DNA of 63,074 nt, counting the filler, from Sphacelaria rigidula (Eukaryota), in assembly GCA_964200075.2 (NCBI GenBank). It is 10 parts of 10 records of this genome, joined end to end, with 100 filler letters (N's around TTAATTAATTAA, not from the genome) between each part and the next. Parts side by side here need not be neighbours in the genome. Positions count along the whole stretch, not along the records: positions 44,224 to 50,440 come from CAXNAA020021445.1; positions 50,541 to 56,757 come from CAXNAA020021446.1; positions 56,858 to 63,074 come from CAXNAA020021447.1; 7 more parts are not named here. One strand, written 5' to 3'. Positions 50,079-62,872 of this stretch are shown one piece after another (positions within the stretch are counted from its first letter, which is position 1; each line of letters starts with the position of its first letter). A program made the position numbers and the translations under genes. The notes under the pieces are model-generated. The model saw nothing but the letters and a program-made list of their open reading frames with translations, had not been told where the DNA came from and did not search any database.

Positions 50079-50440
50079 GCAAGCTTGCCTCGAACCACGG
50101 CAAATAGGTTCCGCCGCAAAAGATGCGCGGTCCAGAGGCAGTTGATAGTTGTCGACTATCTTGAGTGATAAACATATAAAAAAGCATTTCGGTTGAAGGA
50201 GCTCGTAACTCTCTGTCGTAAAATCAACGCACGGGTGGCAATATGCCCCACCATAATTATTGCTGCACTTGTTCTCGTGTTTTCTCCGAAGTCCTTGTTC
50301 TGGCTTGAGGCCTCTCCCAGTATTTTCAAAAGCTTCATCTAAATAACCACCCCTTGCCCCCCCCCGGGTACCCCTGCCCTCCCCCCCCCCCCTCCCCGCT
50401 CTCCCCCGGTGAGTTGTCGGTGGCGCAGGGTGTGGATTGT

Positions 50441-50540
50441 NNNNNNNNNNNNNNNNNNNNNNNNNNNNNNNNNNNNNNNNNNNNTTAATTAATTAANNNN
50501 NNNNNNNNNNNNNNNNNNNNNNNNNNNNNNNNNNNNNNNN
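50441..50540. other. Artificial contig spacer
   Basis: N-run + TTAATTAATTAA + N-run. Confidence 0.97.
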
Positions 50541-50773
50541 GACCGAGTGAGGGAGTAGGGCGTAGAGCACTACCCTGTCACGACAGCCTACGACCCAAAA
50601 TCTACAGCGTCGCAAGATCCGCTATACACTCCCCAAAATATAGGATCTCGGAAAAAATTGACTTCGTCCAATCACGAGGATCGTTCTTAGTAACCTCGCC
50701 GGAACAATCGAATACCCCGTAATTTCCCCGCTCATGCTTCTGGCTTCTGTTCGTAGGTCAACTATATTGAACA
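50541..50773 (-). repeat. Copia 3' LTR (truncated by contig start)
   Basis: Matches 55772-56004 with 6 substitutions counted over 233 bp. Begins with TG on the minus strand directly after the PPT. Confidence 0.9.
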
Positions 50774-51937
50774 CCCTCCCTAACGTTATTGACCAACACG
50801 CCTAAGCATGGCGTTATTCCCGTCGAATCAACTAAACTAGATCAAACTCCTTACTTCCATCGCTCATCGCCACAAAAAAAAATCAAAACGGTGAATTCTA
50901 CATTTTGCCTGAGACACAATCACGATCCGATTCCAAACTCTCTCTACCAATGAGTTTGGTCAGAATGCCCGCATGCTGTTTCCCTGATTGAAGATACTTC
51001 ACGGATATGTCACCGCTGGCAACCAACTCCCTGAGAAAATAGTAGCGTATATCAATGTGTTTGCTGTTTGAAGAGCTCAAGGGGTTTTCAGCCGAGTCTA
51101 TCGCCCCCTTGTTGTCCTCATAAACGTCAAAGCGTTCCGACCCCAAAGTGGGCATTAGGAACTCTAGAACCCCCCTCACAAATAGGGCCTTGACACCGTC
51201 TGCCATTGCTACATACTCTGCCTCAGTAGTAGATAGGGTGACGCACTTCTGCGTCCTAGAAATGGGGCTAGTCTTCGAGACGTCAAAACGATTTAGCACA
51301 CCCTTAGTGAATTGAGCTCGCGAATTATCCAAAGTACCTTCCTCCCGGTCCCTTTTGTATTCACTCCCCATGTACCCCTTTACCTCCCCGAGATGTTCAG
51401 TTGGAAATCTCTGATTGAGTGCACTGACTGTTATCTTAGTCACTTTCTCAGCAGCTGCTATCACGATATCGTCCACATGAATGACCATCATCACCACAAC
51501 GTCTTCAACAACCACCAGTCGAAACACACAGGGATCTACGAAGCATTGCTTGAAACCACACTCCACGAGGGTTGTCGGAAATAGTTGATACCATGGATGA
51601 CCACTCTGCTTCAAGCCGTACAAAGCCTTGTTAAGGCGGACTACCTCACCAGATACGGATCCACGACCGGGGGGCAGGCGCAAGTAGATATCGGTGTCAA
51701 AATCCGACTGATGAAAACCTGGTCTACATCCAAGTGCCTCAAATCCCAGTGTAGCCTAAATGCCATAGCCGCCACTAACCTGTTTGACGTAGCAGATGCC
51801 GTAGGAGCAAATGTGTCGAGTAATCTAGTGCCTCTACCTGACTGTACCCCATGACTAACATACGGGCTTTCGCCCGGTCAACAATTCCATGCGAGTAACT
51901 TTCCCACTTATACATCCACGTCGCGTCCATAATGTTG

Positions 51938-52195
51938 CAAGGGTCGGACGAATTGATGATTCGTCTGGATATTACTTCATTTTAGTGTAGTTGATTCGTA
52001 CCGCACGAATCAGTGGTTGGGCTTCGTTTTCAGCGTTGCACGCCAGGTACACGCAGCCCAGGCACGTGGAGTGACGCAAACGTTGCGTGGAAACCTGTTT
52101 GACCAGCGGTCGACCTTTTTCTCTCTTTCGAGCAATCAGGCTTAAGAAATCGTGGATTTGGTCATTCAAACCGGCAATGATTCGTCCGAACCGTG
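51938..52195. mobile_element. hAT-type MITE (258 bp) nested in the Copia RT
   Basis: TIRs CAAGGGTCGGACGAAT / ATTCGTCCGAACCGTG. 8-bp TSD TAATGTTG (51930-51937) / CAATGTTG (52196-52203). Removing the insert restores the Copia RT motif GCNIVDATWMYKW. Confidence 0.85.
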
Positions 52196-55100
52196 CAATG
52201 TTGCACCCCTCTAGAATGTCAGCCACGTCCGCGAACGTTCCGGCACCCATAAGCCCATCGAACTCTATTCTCACCGCCTCCACATCCGAGTATTGGGATG
52301 AACATGCCGCAAGGGATGAGTACGGCTCCGGCCCCGGTTCCTTGATGATACATTTAAGGAGCTCGCCCGGTTTACGGGTAACCTCCTGTACCGCCAGCAG
52401 GCCATGGATTATTTTGCCCCCTTCATCGGGTCCTAACATGGTCACAAGCCCAGATGCTGTTCGATTGAACGCTCGCGTCTGCACTCTGGTTTGTCCAAGT
52501 CCCTCGCCATTCCCAGATCCAACTAGATTTGACCCGAGTTCTCGCGCCGCAGTCCGCGCTGCCGTTGGAACTAAAACACTTTCGTCCGATGAAGACGAGT
52601 CTCTCTCCTCCACTGAGACGTCCCCGTCTACAGACGGTTCACTCCTCACCGATGACTGATAAACACCGAAATAATCAGTTGTGTTGTCGGGGGGCGGCTG
52701 ATTTTCATCGCCAAGAGAACCTTCGCTGGAGATATCACTCGACGCTGATGGGCAACTCCTCTTCCCAGTAACGGTAATGGAGTCGGTTGAGCAGCGTCGA
52801 AATCATTTAGCCCTCCCGGCTCTGGAGTCTCTCCTGGCTGTGACGTCCCTCCCAGCTCCGACGCTCCTGCCAGCTTCGGCGAAGCCGACTGCTGCAGCTG
52901 TACCGGCGGCACCACCATGACTGGCGGCGCCCCCCAGGTGACGTCCCTTGTCTCCGCTACTGTATTGGCCCGCGTCAGCATTCGCAATAAATTGCGGGGG
53001 TGGTCGATACCGGGCCCGAGATAAAAGCTACTCTCGCACTTGGGGAACGACTTTGATGGCCGGTTCCAGCGTTAATATCCCGGACGAAGAAACGGGTGAG
53101 GTGATGCAGGTGCTGCCTTACCGTACCACATCTCGTACGGTGACTTGTCACCTGGGTTAGACGTCGTCGCGGTGTGATTGAGGGCGTCACACGCCCAATA
53201 TATCGCCTCAGCCCAGAGGGCTCCGATGGTGGAAGCTTGACATGTGGAAAGAGGATGGGGGCTTGGATGCGAGCAGCAAGTGCGGTGATTTGAATGATAC
53301 CTAGAGCTCTCTCGGCAACGCCGTTCAGTTCCGGACACTTTGTGCTGGTGAATTCCTGCTTGATACAGTAGTGCCTACACAGTCCTTTGGAATCACCATC
53401 GAAAGATTTCCATCCGTCGTCAGACCTAAATATTATCACTTCCGAAGGAACACCATCCGCACGTACATCAACCAACAACTTCCTGGAAGCATCAGCGGTA
53501 TCAGACTTACGCCCGATTGAGTATACCCATGCGTACCGGGTAAAAACTTCCTTCATTATCATGACATACTTCTTCCCAAGCAACAAAGGAGTTCCCTTAG
53601 GACTGCTAAGATCAACAAAAACTCTTCCTAGCTTCTGTGAAGCACGAGATTCCGTGCTGTTTGCGATTGGTTCCCCGTACCCCTTTGCCATAGAACATCC
53701 TGTACATGGTTTCAAGTTATCCAGTAACTTGATACGTAGCGGTTTTGCTGTCTCTCTCAATAGATATTCATTTTCATGTCCCTGTACCCAGTGGAAAACG
53801 TTTATGTCTACCGCAGTCTCGCGTGAGTCAGTACTACCAGGGGCTATAACAAGAAATGCCAGGGAAAGGGGGGGGTCGGATTACGCTGAATTTTCAACAG
53901 ACTCGGGACCTAACAAGGGAAAGGGAATGAAGTCATCATCGAAAGCAATCCTTCTATCGTACATGAAGCATCCAGACTCATCACTCCAAAATCTAAGACG
54001 CCCGTTCAGTAGGGTCACCCTCTTGTCGGGATCATCAGTCAAGAAGCCTACTCCTCGTGTGTGCGCAGCATCTAGTGAGAATAGATTGAAAGCTAAACCC
54101 GGTACGTATGCGACCTTCTCAAGCCTTACTGTTACTCCTCCAGCTCTGTTGGGGAAAAGTACGGTCAATGACCCCTAACACTCAACGTCAATGGGGGTAT
54201 TATTACCGATTTTAACTTTATCTTCGGATGGTTGCACATCATCGAGCATTTCAGCTGATTCAGTCACATGAAATGTCGCTCCACTATCAGCTATCCGCCT
54301 GTCAATACCATAATTACTGCTATTCGCACTCCCACCGTATCCTCCTCACTTTATTGCTTACTACTCGACAAACACGCTATGATATCACCAGGGCTACCCT
54401 GTGATTTTTTCGGGATTGAGATGACGCGTGCGGTACAGTCAAACCATCGGTGACCTGGCTTTAAGCAATGCTGACACTTGTTTCGCATGTCGTCGTACTT
54501 CTTCTCTACATTTTTGGTGCTACTATTTTGGTCGTTCTTATCTGCTGCAGCACCACCTGAAACACCCCTATCACCCTTGGCACCACCCTTGGCGCCATCT
54601 TGATTGCGATTTCGGCCGATTGGACTTGCTCGTAACGAGATCTTGTCCACCGTCACGGTTCCTCGTACCATTGCTTGACATAAGTGTGTATCTCTGTCGT
54701 ACGATAGCCCCTACCTCTGCCCAGGTCATGTTGCCTCTGTACAAGATTGTACGCTGTTTGCACTCGTAGTCACTCATGAGGACCTCAAGTATCTTGAGGT
54801 GAACATCTTTTACAGGCATATGTAACCCTAGTGATACTAGTACACCCACAATCGTATCCACGCGCGCGAAAAACTTCATCCGATCCTTTTTCTTTTCAAT
54901 CCGTAATCATTGAAAAGGCGTTTCCACTTCGATTTTTCCGAGAGAATTCTCGGCAGAAACCAGTTAACTGAAAAGCGCCATACTGCACTCGGGGAGTTTG
55001 TGTCAAACACGCTACTCAATATATCACGATCTGTGATACTCTCTGTCAAACACGTCCAGGCAATACGTGCTCGTCTTACGCTTATCTCACTAACACCTCT

Positions 55101-55771
55101 GGTCAACCAAAAACTGTGAACTAAGTGAGGGGTCACCTACGGGCATATCAACAGTCGTACTGAAGATGTGCATACAATCGTTGGATAAAGCAAAACCCTC
55201 AAATCGTCTTTTCCACAATGCAAAATCAACGCGTATTCTCAACTTGGGTACAGGAGCTTTGATGCTGTCTATTTCCCTGACATTCAACGCGAAAGTGCTA
55301 CCTCCTGCAACCCCAACCTCACGGACAGCTGGCAGCAGGCTATCGGTGGTGACTCCACCTCTACGACCGAAAGCAGACCCTGCCCGCTCCACGTCCGTAG
55401 TACGATCGAGATACGATGGTTGATCTCCGCTGATGGAACCTTCAATTCGTCCGCCTCTGCTTTCCTGGGCAGCCTCGACGCGTGACAGCCTTTCTACCAG
55501 GGTCCTTGTCTGCGCCTCGAGCAGCGCCCTCGATTCTTTTACTACGCTGTCTTGATCAGCCATCTCAGAGCAAAGATCCAAGTTCGAACTCATATGTTTA
55601 CGCATTCGAATGATCGTGTTGATCAGATGATCTTGCAGCAACAACAGCTCCTTACTATGTGCTCAAATAGCTTACTGCCCGGTTGCAGTAACTGGGAGGA
55701 AGAAGATGATGTGGTGTAAGTCTTTATTCTTACTACCCACACGTAGGAAATAGGGTGAAGGGACGTGAGGG

Positions 55772-56004
55772 GACCGAGTGAGGGAGTAGGGCGTAGAGCA
55801 CTACCCTGTCACGACAGCCTACGACCCAAAATCTACAGCGTCGCAAGATCCGCTATACACTCCCCAAAATATAGGAACTCGGAAGAAATTGACTTCCTCC
55901 AATCACGAGGATCGTTCTTAGTAACCTCGCCGGAACAATCGAATACCCCGTAATTTCCCCGCTCATGCTTCTGGCTTCTGTTCGTAGGTCAACTATGCTG
56001 AAGA
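55772..56004 (-). repeat. Copia 5' LTR (alignable part; true left boundary probably ~55670-55715)
   Basis: Direct repeat of 50541-50773. Confidence 0.88.
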
Positions 56005-56757
56005 GGGGTGTACACATATTTTCGGAGGTTAGAACTGCTACGAGCCCTGAACAGCCTAGATTCGTTTCTGAGGTTCAACATTTGGGTGACGTTCAACGGA
56101 CCATCGAAATTCCATTTGTCCTGTCCAAAAGGCTCGAGATTCGCATCCGGTTTCGACCATGTCACCCTAACCCAGAAGTTTCTGCACGGCAGCGCAAGTA
56201 TGATAATGAGCAGTCCAACTGAAAAAACCGCCGTCGTCATCGATTGTGCGGCATCTTTTGAGCAGGACCTGCGTCTAAGCGGTACGGAACACGCAACAAA
56301 GCATGCTGAAAACATACTTCTTTGCACTAGGCATCGAGGTTTCGAGCGCCTCTTGTTGAGTATCTGAGAGAGGCTTCATACTGTTGCGCCGGCGACGACC
56401 GCCGTCAGCGAAACGATCCAATGCGGCGACAGACGCTAGCGATCTTTGAAACGCAGCATCATTCAGCAGTCTGCTGAGATATACCATCACCAGAGTACAG
56501 CATCACTACAGCACAGTCGATAAGATGGATGCCCCACAATAAAGCTGCAGACACACACAACGGGGGTAAAGGCCAGTCCCGCGCTTGGGGTTGTTTCGCT
56601 AGTAGTGCCCATGTGAGGCGCTTCATCCAGTCTGAACCAGCTATCACGCCTCGTATGGCCACCTCCGCCGTGACTGTGTTGAGAACCGGTTTCGCGGTGA
56701 GGCTGTCGAACGATACTACTGTGGTGCAACGCGCTTGCAAAATCCGAGCCGTTTCTT

Positions 56758-56857
56758 NNNNNNNNNNNNNNNNNNNNNNNNNNNNNNNNNNNNNNNNNNN
56801 NTTAATTAATTAANNNNNNNNNNNNNNNNNNNNNNNNNNNNNNNNNNNNNNNNNNNN
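56758..56857. other. Artificial contig spacer
   Basis: N-run + TTAATTAATTAA + N-run. Confidence 0.97.
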
Positions 56858-57102
56858 ATGGCTATCGATATATACAACCCAGAATCTATTGCGGTACTCC
56901 ATTTCCATCGATGACGAGTGATCTTCATCTATTGTAATTGCCATAGACTATCGATCGACTATTGCAACATCTATTGTTCCTTGCAATGCATATCAATAGA
57001 CGTCTTTCACCATCTATCGTTTTCGATAATATATATCGATAGATTTTTCCCCGTGTCTATTGCTGAAGCAATGAACTGTTGTTGTGTCCATTGTCCAGGG
57101 TG
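56858..57102. mobile_element. Right end of the ATCGAT-rich TIR element family (see 4779-5830)
   Basis: ATGGCTATCGATATATACA.CCCAGAATCTATTGCGGTAC...GTGTCCATTGTCCAG.GTG matches ~5612-5830, and similarity stops at the TIR. Confidence 0.75.
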
Positions 57103-57349
57103 TGCTGGGTTAACAGAGGAAGGGGGTTAAGGTTGAGGTTCTCAAGTCTAACACTGGCCGAGAGCAAATCAAGCAGCAAAGATGCCGTTCGCCTAAAAGA
57201 CGAATCCGTCTGGAGCTGACGGATCCTGAACCATAACAAAATCGGCTGCGTGTTCCCGTACAAATGGGCCGAACGGGCACATCCGCCATGAACAGAAACC
57301 ATCTTGAATGCGTAGCATATTTTATCCTAATGAATTTTTCGCTGGGCAG

Positions 57350-58798
57350 GTGATCATCCCGGGCACTGCGGGCGAATATGGTGTTACCATGGGACACTCC
57401 CCCATCGTGGCTGAGATGAAGCCCGGAGTATTGCAGGTCCTGCACGGAGAGGTGAGCTGTGGACAGGCAAAAGCACTGTCCCATACCGCTCATGCTGCTC
57501 CGTGGTTTACCCACGCAACAAGTCGTGATCGTTTAATTGTGCACGAGGGAGTTTTCGATACCTCTTTGCAGGAACGAGATGGTTGCTCGCGCATCACTGC
57601 TGCTGGAATGGACACGTTACCTTCTGCACCCCATCTTCTCTTCGTGTGCAACCTTGTGTCGAGGATTTTGTCACCACCGTGTGTGATGTAGACGGCAGCT
57701 CTGCTGGACTCGAAGTGGGCAAGACATACAAGGATATGAACGCTACGCATCTTGGCAAAATGTGTGCGACGTTCGACTAGCGGCATGCGCAACAAAACGA
57801 GTAAACGGAACACTTGATGTACGTTGCCCCAGGTTAGCATGCGGGGCACATGAGGCTTATCGCGCGTCCACACATATACCCGGTGCCCATACCTTGCTTG
57901 ACCTTCATCTTGTGTTGGTCTGTGATGCTGCTTGTAATCAGGGGAAGGAGCCAGAGAAGTTTTTTGTGTCTGCCGGATTCGCTTTGACGCACGCGTCGTC
58001 CGTAACGGATGTAACTGCCATCGAGGCCGTTAGGGTGGAGGAAATCGACGGGGACGCGGTGAGAGCTCCTTCGATATGACTACCATCGTGCATTGTGAAC
58101 ACTCGACTGAATTCTGTCAATTGTGAACGCAAAGTGGGGCGAAGTTATTTACTTGTCCGCGAGCAGTGCTAGTTTGAAAGTGTTTGTAGTGAGAGACACT
58201 TCTTGGGTAATTCTCGGAAACGGATGGTACTCTCGAACGCGTGTTCACCACGAACATACTTCGCGCCGCGCGTCTGGTGGTCTAGCCGGTACATCGATAG
58301 CCGATTAGGACAAAAGGTCGCGTGCCCGAATCCCGTCAGGATAAATCATTTTTCCTCAGAGAATCTGGTACAGTCGCTGAAAGGCCGAGGACGACAAAGT
58401 GAAATTCGACCAGAGTCGAAGCGGCGCAGGAGTGCTGACGCAATCCGTGGTTCCAGAATATATGGTGTACCCCGCGTAGAGGTGGATGAATTCCTTGAGA
58501 CTACGGACTCGTCCCAAGGAAGAGGGTTGGGGCGGGGGTGGGGGTACGTCAGTGAAGGTATCACGGGTAAAGAAGAATTCCGCTTTCATGCTACCTCAAA
58601 CGCCAAACATCATGCCGCGTCGTGATTTCTACTTGCACAATCCATATTGTGGATTTCTGTCAGGTGAAAGCTGCGCTTGACGTCAACAAGCAAGCAATGA
58701 CGGCCGCTCCAGATGGCTCACGCGAACACGCGGAGGCGCAGGTTGGCGTGGAAACGTGCATCGCTATGGGAAACGCAATCGGCTTGTCTCTCTCTTAG
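57350..58798 (+). CDS. ATP5F1D: Mitochondrial F1-ATP synthase delta subunit (delta/epsilon family), 3' partial, last three exons
   Basis: Exons 57350-57451 (VIIPGTAGEYGVTMGHSPIVAEMKPGVLQVLHGE), 57942-58058 (GKEPEKFFVSAGFALTHASSVTDVTAIEAVRVEEIDGDA) and 58664-58798 (VKAALDVNKQAMTAAPDGSREHAEAQVGVETCIAMGNAIGLSLS*), phase-0 GT-AG. The P...G..GV...H.P...E.KPG and KFFVS.GF motifs plus the C-terminal helical hairpin AEAQ...E are diagnostic. Confidence 0.95.
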
Positions 58799-59312
58799 TG
58801 TAGTTAGTGCAGGGGCTGGGGATGGCGACTACTTTGCTAAGCTTTTGAGCATCTGGAAGCTCTTTTTTTTCTACGGGGGTATGGCGCAGTGGAACACAAC
58901 AGGGCTCTGCGGAGATCATGTTGCCAAACAACCTGCCGTATGTATTGTTGGCGTTGGTCGCGTATATGCGGTACACATCGTTTACGCTGTCGGTGCTTGG
59001 TTTATTTTATTCAGCTCCTCGTGGGTCAACGACAGGAAGGGGTGATGATACGCTCAACTGGCGTTAGAGATATCTAGCGTAATGGGCTGAGAAAGAGACG
59101 ATTCGTGAGGTTGACCTATAATGTACTGCCTACAAAAACCCTTCCGTCACTCACAGCTACTCTTGTGGAAAGGCGACGACTGAAGCTGTGGTCGCAGAAG
59201 TAGCGACATGACGGAATTTTCCACGAAATTCGGAGATGTATCTTCGACTCTCGTCGTCGTGAAACCAAAGAAAATAATTGTTCATGGTTTTTTATCTCCA
59301 CGAATGTTCTGC

Positions 59313-59682
59313 ACCGGTCGCCCCGGTGGCTCAGTTGGTAACCTCGAAACTTTCTGATGGTTGAGTAGGGGGGTTTGATTCCCGGAGCGATCTGGAATCT
59401 TTTCTCACACCATGCCCAAGAGTGGAGAGCGACTATGTCATGGGTAGACAAAATTCGACTCAACAGTCGACGAGGGAAAGGACTGACTGCTGAAGTCCTC
59501 TCGCGATAAAAATAAAGGCAAGCACCGCAAAAGGAAGGTGGGGTACTAAAAAATGAAAAATAAAAAAGAGCTTCTGTGTTAACGTTCCTCCTGTGTGACC
59601 CCGGCTGGTGCGCCCACATAACATACACCGAAAGGTGTAAACCGGCGTCCAGAATAGATGGGACAGCAACACACACACACAC
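59313..59682 (+). mobile_element. tRNA-derived SINE
   Basis: ACCGGTCGCCCCGGTGGCTCAGTTGG head, degenerate B-box GGTTTGATTCC, same body and (CA)n tail as 16618-16976. Confidence 0.85.
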
Positions 59683-60317
59683 GAAACACGGAACATTTTC
59701 CGGTATTTCTCCCGTGTGGGGTAGAGATATCACGGTGCCGAGATCGGTCGGTACGCGTCCCAATCCTTCGAAATCTGGATAGTACTCTTCTTACGCTTCG
59801 GCGTGCAATCGAGCAAGAAGCCCAACACGAAACGGCAACAAAGTGATGACGGTGTTCCCTTCCCTCTTATTATTCCGGGTACGGGCGGTGTTTGATAACA
59901 TTCAAGGGTGTGCTGGGTAGGACAAATACCCGGGTGTTTCATCTCTCGAATTTCGTGTTGCGATGGTCCGATCTTCCAATTTGAGTACGATCGCAGCACT
60001 TAACCCATGATCTGAGTATTGCTGAGTACGAATTGTCAAAATACCTGAATGAAGGAAATACTCTATCCAACACACCATCCTTGTAACGTTCACACCCCTG
60101 ACAAAACACGGTCAATGGGTGACTGGAAAATGCACTGTGTCAAGTGTAGGCCTATTGCAACTATTGCCGCTCGACGATGACGTATAGGCCTTCATCTAAT
60201 GCGGCTCATTTTCTTCTACTTCAAATATTGCACACGTCGGACGAGCGCGAGTATGACTCGTAGCACTCGCACTCGTTGAGCTACTCGTTGGCCGTGAAAA
60301 TGAACAGGACGAATACT

Positions 60318-60530
60318 GGAGTCACTGCTCGTCGTGGAAAAAACTAGTAGGGCGAGCGCTCGAGTAATTGCTCGTCGTGGAAGAAAATAATGACTCGAGC
60401 ACACGAGTCATTACTAGTCGTGAAAAAAATTAATGACCCGAGCACACGAGTCACTGCTCGTTGTGGAAGAAATAAATGACTCGAGCAACGAGTCACTGCC
60501 CGTTGTAAAAATAATAATGATTCGAGCAGT
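60318..60530. repeat. ~43-bp minisatellite with internal palindrome, about 5 copies
   Basis: Unit approximately TGACTCGAGCACACGAGTCACTGCTCGTCGTGGAAGAAAATAA, with a TGACTCG/CGAGTCA stem. Confidence 0.8.
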
Positions 60531-61046
60531 GGGTCATGCTCGCTGTACCTTCAAGAAATATCCACAAGTGCACTCGTTTCGACGAGTGATGACCCGTCCG
60601 GCGTGTGCATGTCCAGTGTGTGTACCACTCATGCTAGGTAGGCTCTGTCTTTGGAAATCGTTGACCTGTACGCGAGTATTGCACAGACGATGTGACACCT
60701 CAAGTAAGTATGTACAGTACTTGATCCCTCCGCCGCACCCAGCTGATTGATTCCTAGAATCTGACCTCTGACATTTCCGCCGGTTTTCAAGATTTTCCAC
60801 TGGAGGCGTATATGCCGCCAGTTGGCCAGGTTGACGCTTCGAATTGCTCACGATTTCCATTCGTTCCTCATGATTTGGCAGGGTAGGTTGTATGGTTCCA
60901 CACTTCTGACAGCTCATGAACCACCTCAAGTAACCAATTGAAGAGGACTCTCAGATCCATTATTCAAGAACACGAAATGCATGACAGAGTGGTCCGAGAA
61001 GTCAAAATGCCACCTCTGCGCTACTTCGGGTGTCCGGCGCCCAGCG

Positions 61047-61110
61047 CTTGATCTTGATTGATTGATTGTCACGCTTTAACTGACCCCCCTAGGGATCCAG
61101 CCGTAGTCAC
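61047..61110 (-). mobile_element. Short 3' end of non-LTR retroelement with (ATCA)n tail
   Basis: (TTGA)n-TTGTCACGCTTTAACTGACCCCCCTAGGGATCCAGCCGTAGTCAC, matching 46998-47062. Confidence 0.6.
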
Positions 61111-62872
61111 AGTAGGGAGCAATTTTGAGAAAGTGGCCAAATAAGCTAGCCCATGACAGTACACCAACAAAGGGTAATAATTAGGTAGCTCATGAGCTGT
61201 CCGACATGTGCATGACTGAATCGGCTAGAGTGTGAAGCATTTTTTGCCTAGGTTTGGACACGTTGAAAGGTCGATCGAGGTGGTTCCCCCTTTCCAGCTC
61301 CTAGCGCCATGAGCTCCCTCCTTGGAGCACGGATTGTCAGATGGTCAAGCACACCGCATCTGTTCCATGGGCTTTGTTTTGTGTCTCAACTTGTGCTCAC
61401 TTCACTCGACTACAGCAGCAGCTAGCTGCCGCCTACAGCGCATATACATGTGTCTTGAGCCCATGACAATTTTCGACGCTGTTTTTTCGGAGCCTCCGAA
61501 TTTTTCGGGCATGTGGGACTCTCAGTTCGGGCTTGTCCAACACTGACGCGGCTCGCCTTTTTAAAATCTTCATTTTCGGACAAGTCTGACTTTTTTTCGA
61601 CTGCAACCCAGCACATCGGAGAGTCGCCCTGCGAGTAGGCTGTGGCCCTCGCAAGCTTTCGAGAGTCATGAATGTCTGATACTGTGTCGATAATACTAGG
61701 CCTATTGGCGTGATCGCGTTTACTGCATCGCACCGTTCGAAAATGTACTGTCGTAATAATGTGAAGCCGCTGGTCGCTGCTCATGCATGAATATCGACGC
61801 GGGACATCTGCGTCGCAAATGCCTGTTTCATGTCGGCGCTATCTGCACCGGAAACAACTGTTTAGAGCCCCCGGCGAAGAACGAAAGAGGTTAACACGGC
61901 CGAGGTGCGCACGGGCGCTGAAATGACTCCCTCCTCTGGATCGGCTGCGGAGGAAGGCAATCCCAACAGTTGTTTTCCGTGAAGAAAAAGCCTACGCAGG
62001 AACAGGGGGGGTTCCGTTCGGAAGGACCAAGCCACGCATGCATATGCCATGGTCATGGATCTGTGTGCATAAGCCACGAACCGTCATATTGATCGTGACG
62101 CGTGACCATCATGAGCTGTGATCGCGTCAGCGCTACATGCACAAGATGTAGTGGTGCATGTAGAAAGTATGTTTCAACACCTGGCGCAACTGGATGACGA
62201 ATGAAGAAAACATGTGCTCTCACCCGCCCCTCAAATTATGGGAAATGGCGCTCGATGCCTATTGGCTCTCGACAGTTTCAGTTTGAGAAACTCTGATTTT
62301 AATCGCTCATGTGCACGTGGCGTCCATCTACGCGTACAAAGGGCCATCCTCCAAAAAGTGGCAGGACTGCCAGGGGACAAAAATTCAAAACAATTGCAGG
62401 GGCAATCAATGCTGAAGGGTTCAGATTTCGGGCGAGAGATGTTCAGCAACAGCCGAGTTCGACCAGCACTTTCTGCACGCATGGCGTAGGCATGGTGTCA
62501 TACAAAGCCCTTGCCCCGCTTTCCTTTAGTCTTGACCTTTCCCCTCGAGCCTCCATCCCACTCTGGCTTCAGGCTCTCCACGATAACCTGCCAAGCACGG
62601 CAAAAACACGTGGAAACCATCCGTGAGCACAACCCGGAGAAAAATATCGAAATAAATACTGTACCTTGCGGGAAAACAATTTGCGTGGGCAACGCTCGAG
62701 AGCTGGCAATATTTCACTTAAGCAGTAAATTGGTGCGATACGTTCTTCACGAAACACACGGCAGGGCGACGTAGTCCAAGACGGCTCTGGCGAGCAGCTC
62801 CGGTCTAGGGACGATGCAAGCCACAGTCAAGCACGCCGTTGTGGGTCGGTATTACCCCCAACATTCATCAGT

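Larger units (their letters stand above)
50541..56004 (-). mobile_element. Ty1/Copia LTR retrotransposon, near full length, coding region decayed
   Basis: Direct repeats at 50541-50773 and 55772-56004. Domain order on the minus strand is gag (55644-54571), zinc knuckle CQHCLKPGHRWFDC (~54430-54480), protease region (ADSGATFH; VAYVPGLAFNLFS), integrase (CTGCSMAK...VFVDL...FRSD...PELNGVAER), RT (LNKALYGLKQSG...DPCVF...IHVDDI) and RNase H (TLSTTEAEY...YEDNKGAI...KHIDIRY). A PPT GGGGAGGG abuts TGTTCA at 50773. Integrase before RT indicates Copia. Confidence 0.95.

Noticed and set aside
53387..54178. 263-aa plus-strand ORF (also 32806-33285 on the minus strand)
   Set aside because: These are antisense shadows of retrotransposon pol coding sequence.
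60318..60530. CRISPR-like palindromic repeats
   Set aside because: The intervening sequences are themselves repeated rather than unique spacers, there are no cas genes, and the context is eukaryotic.
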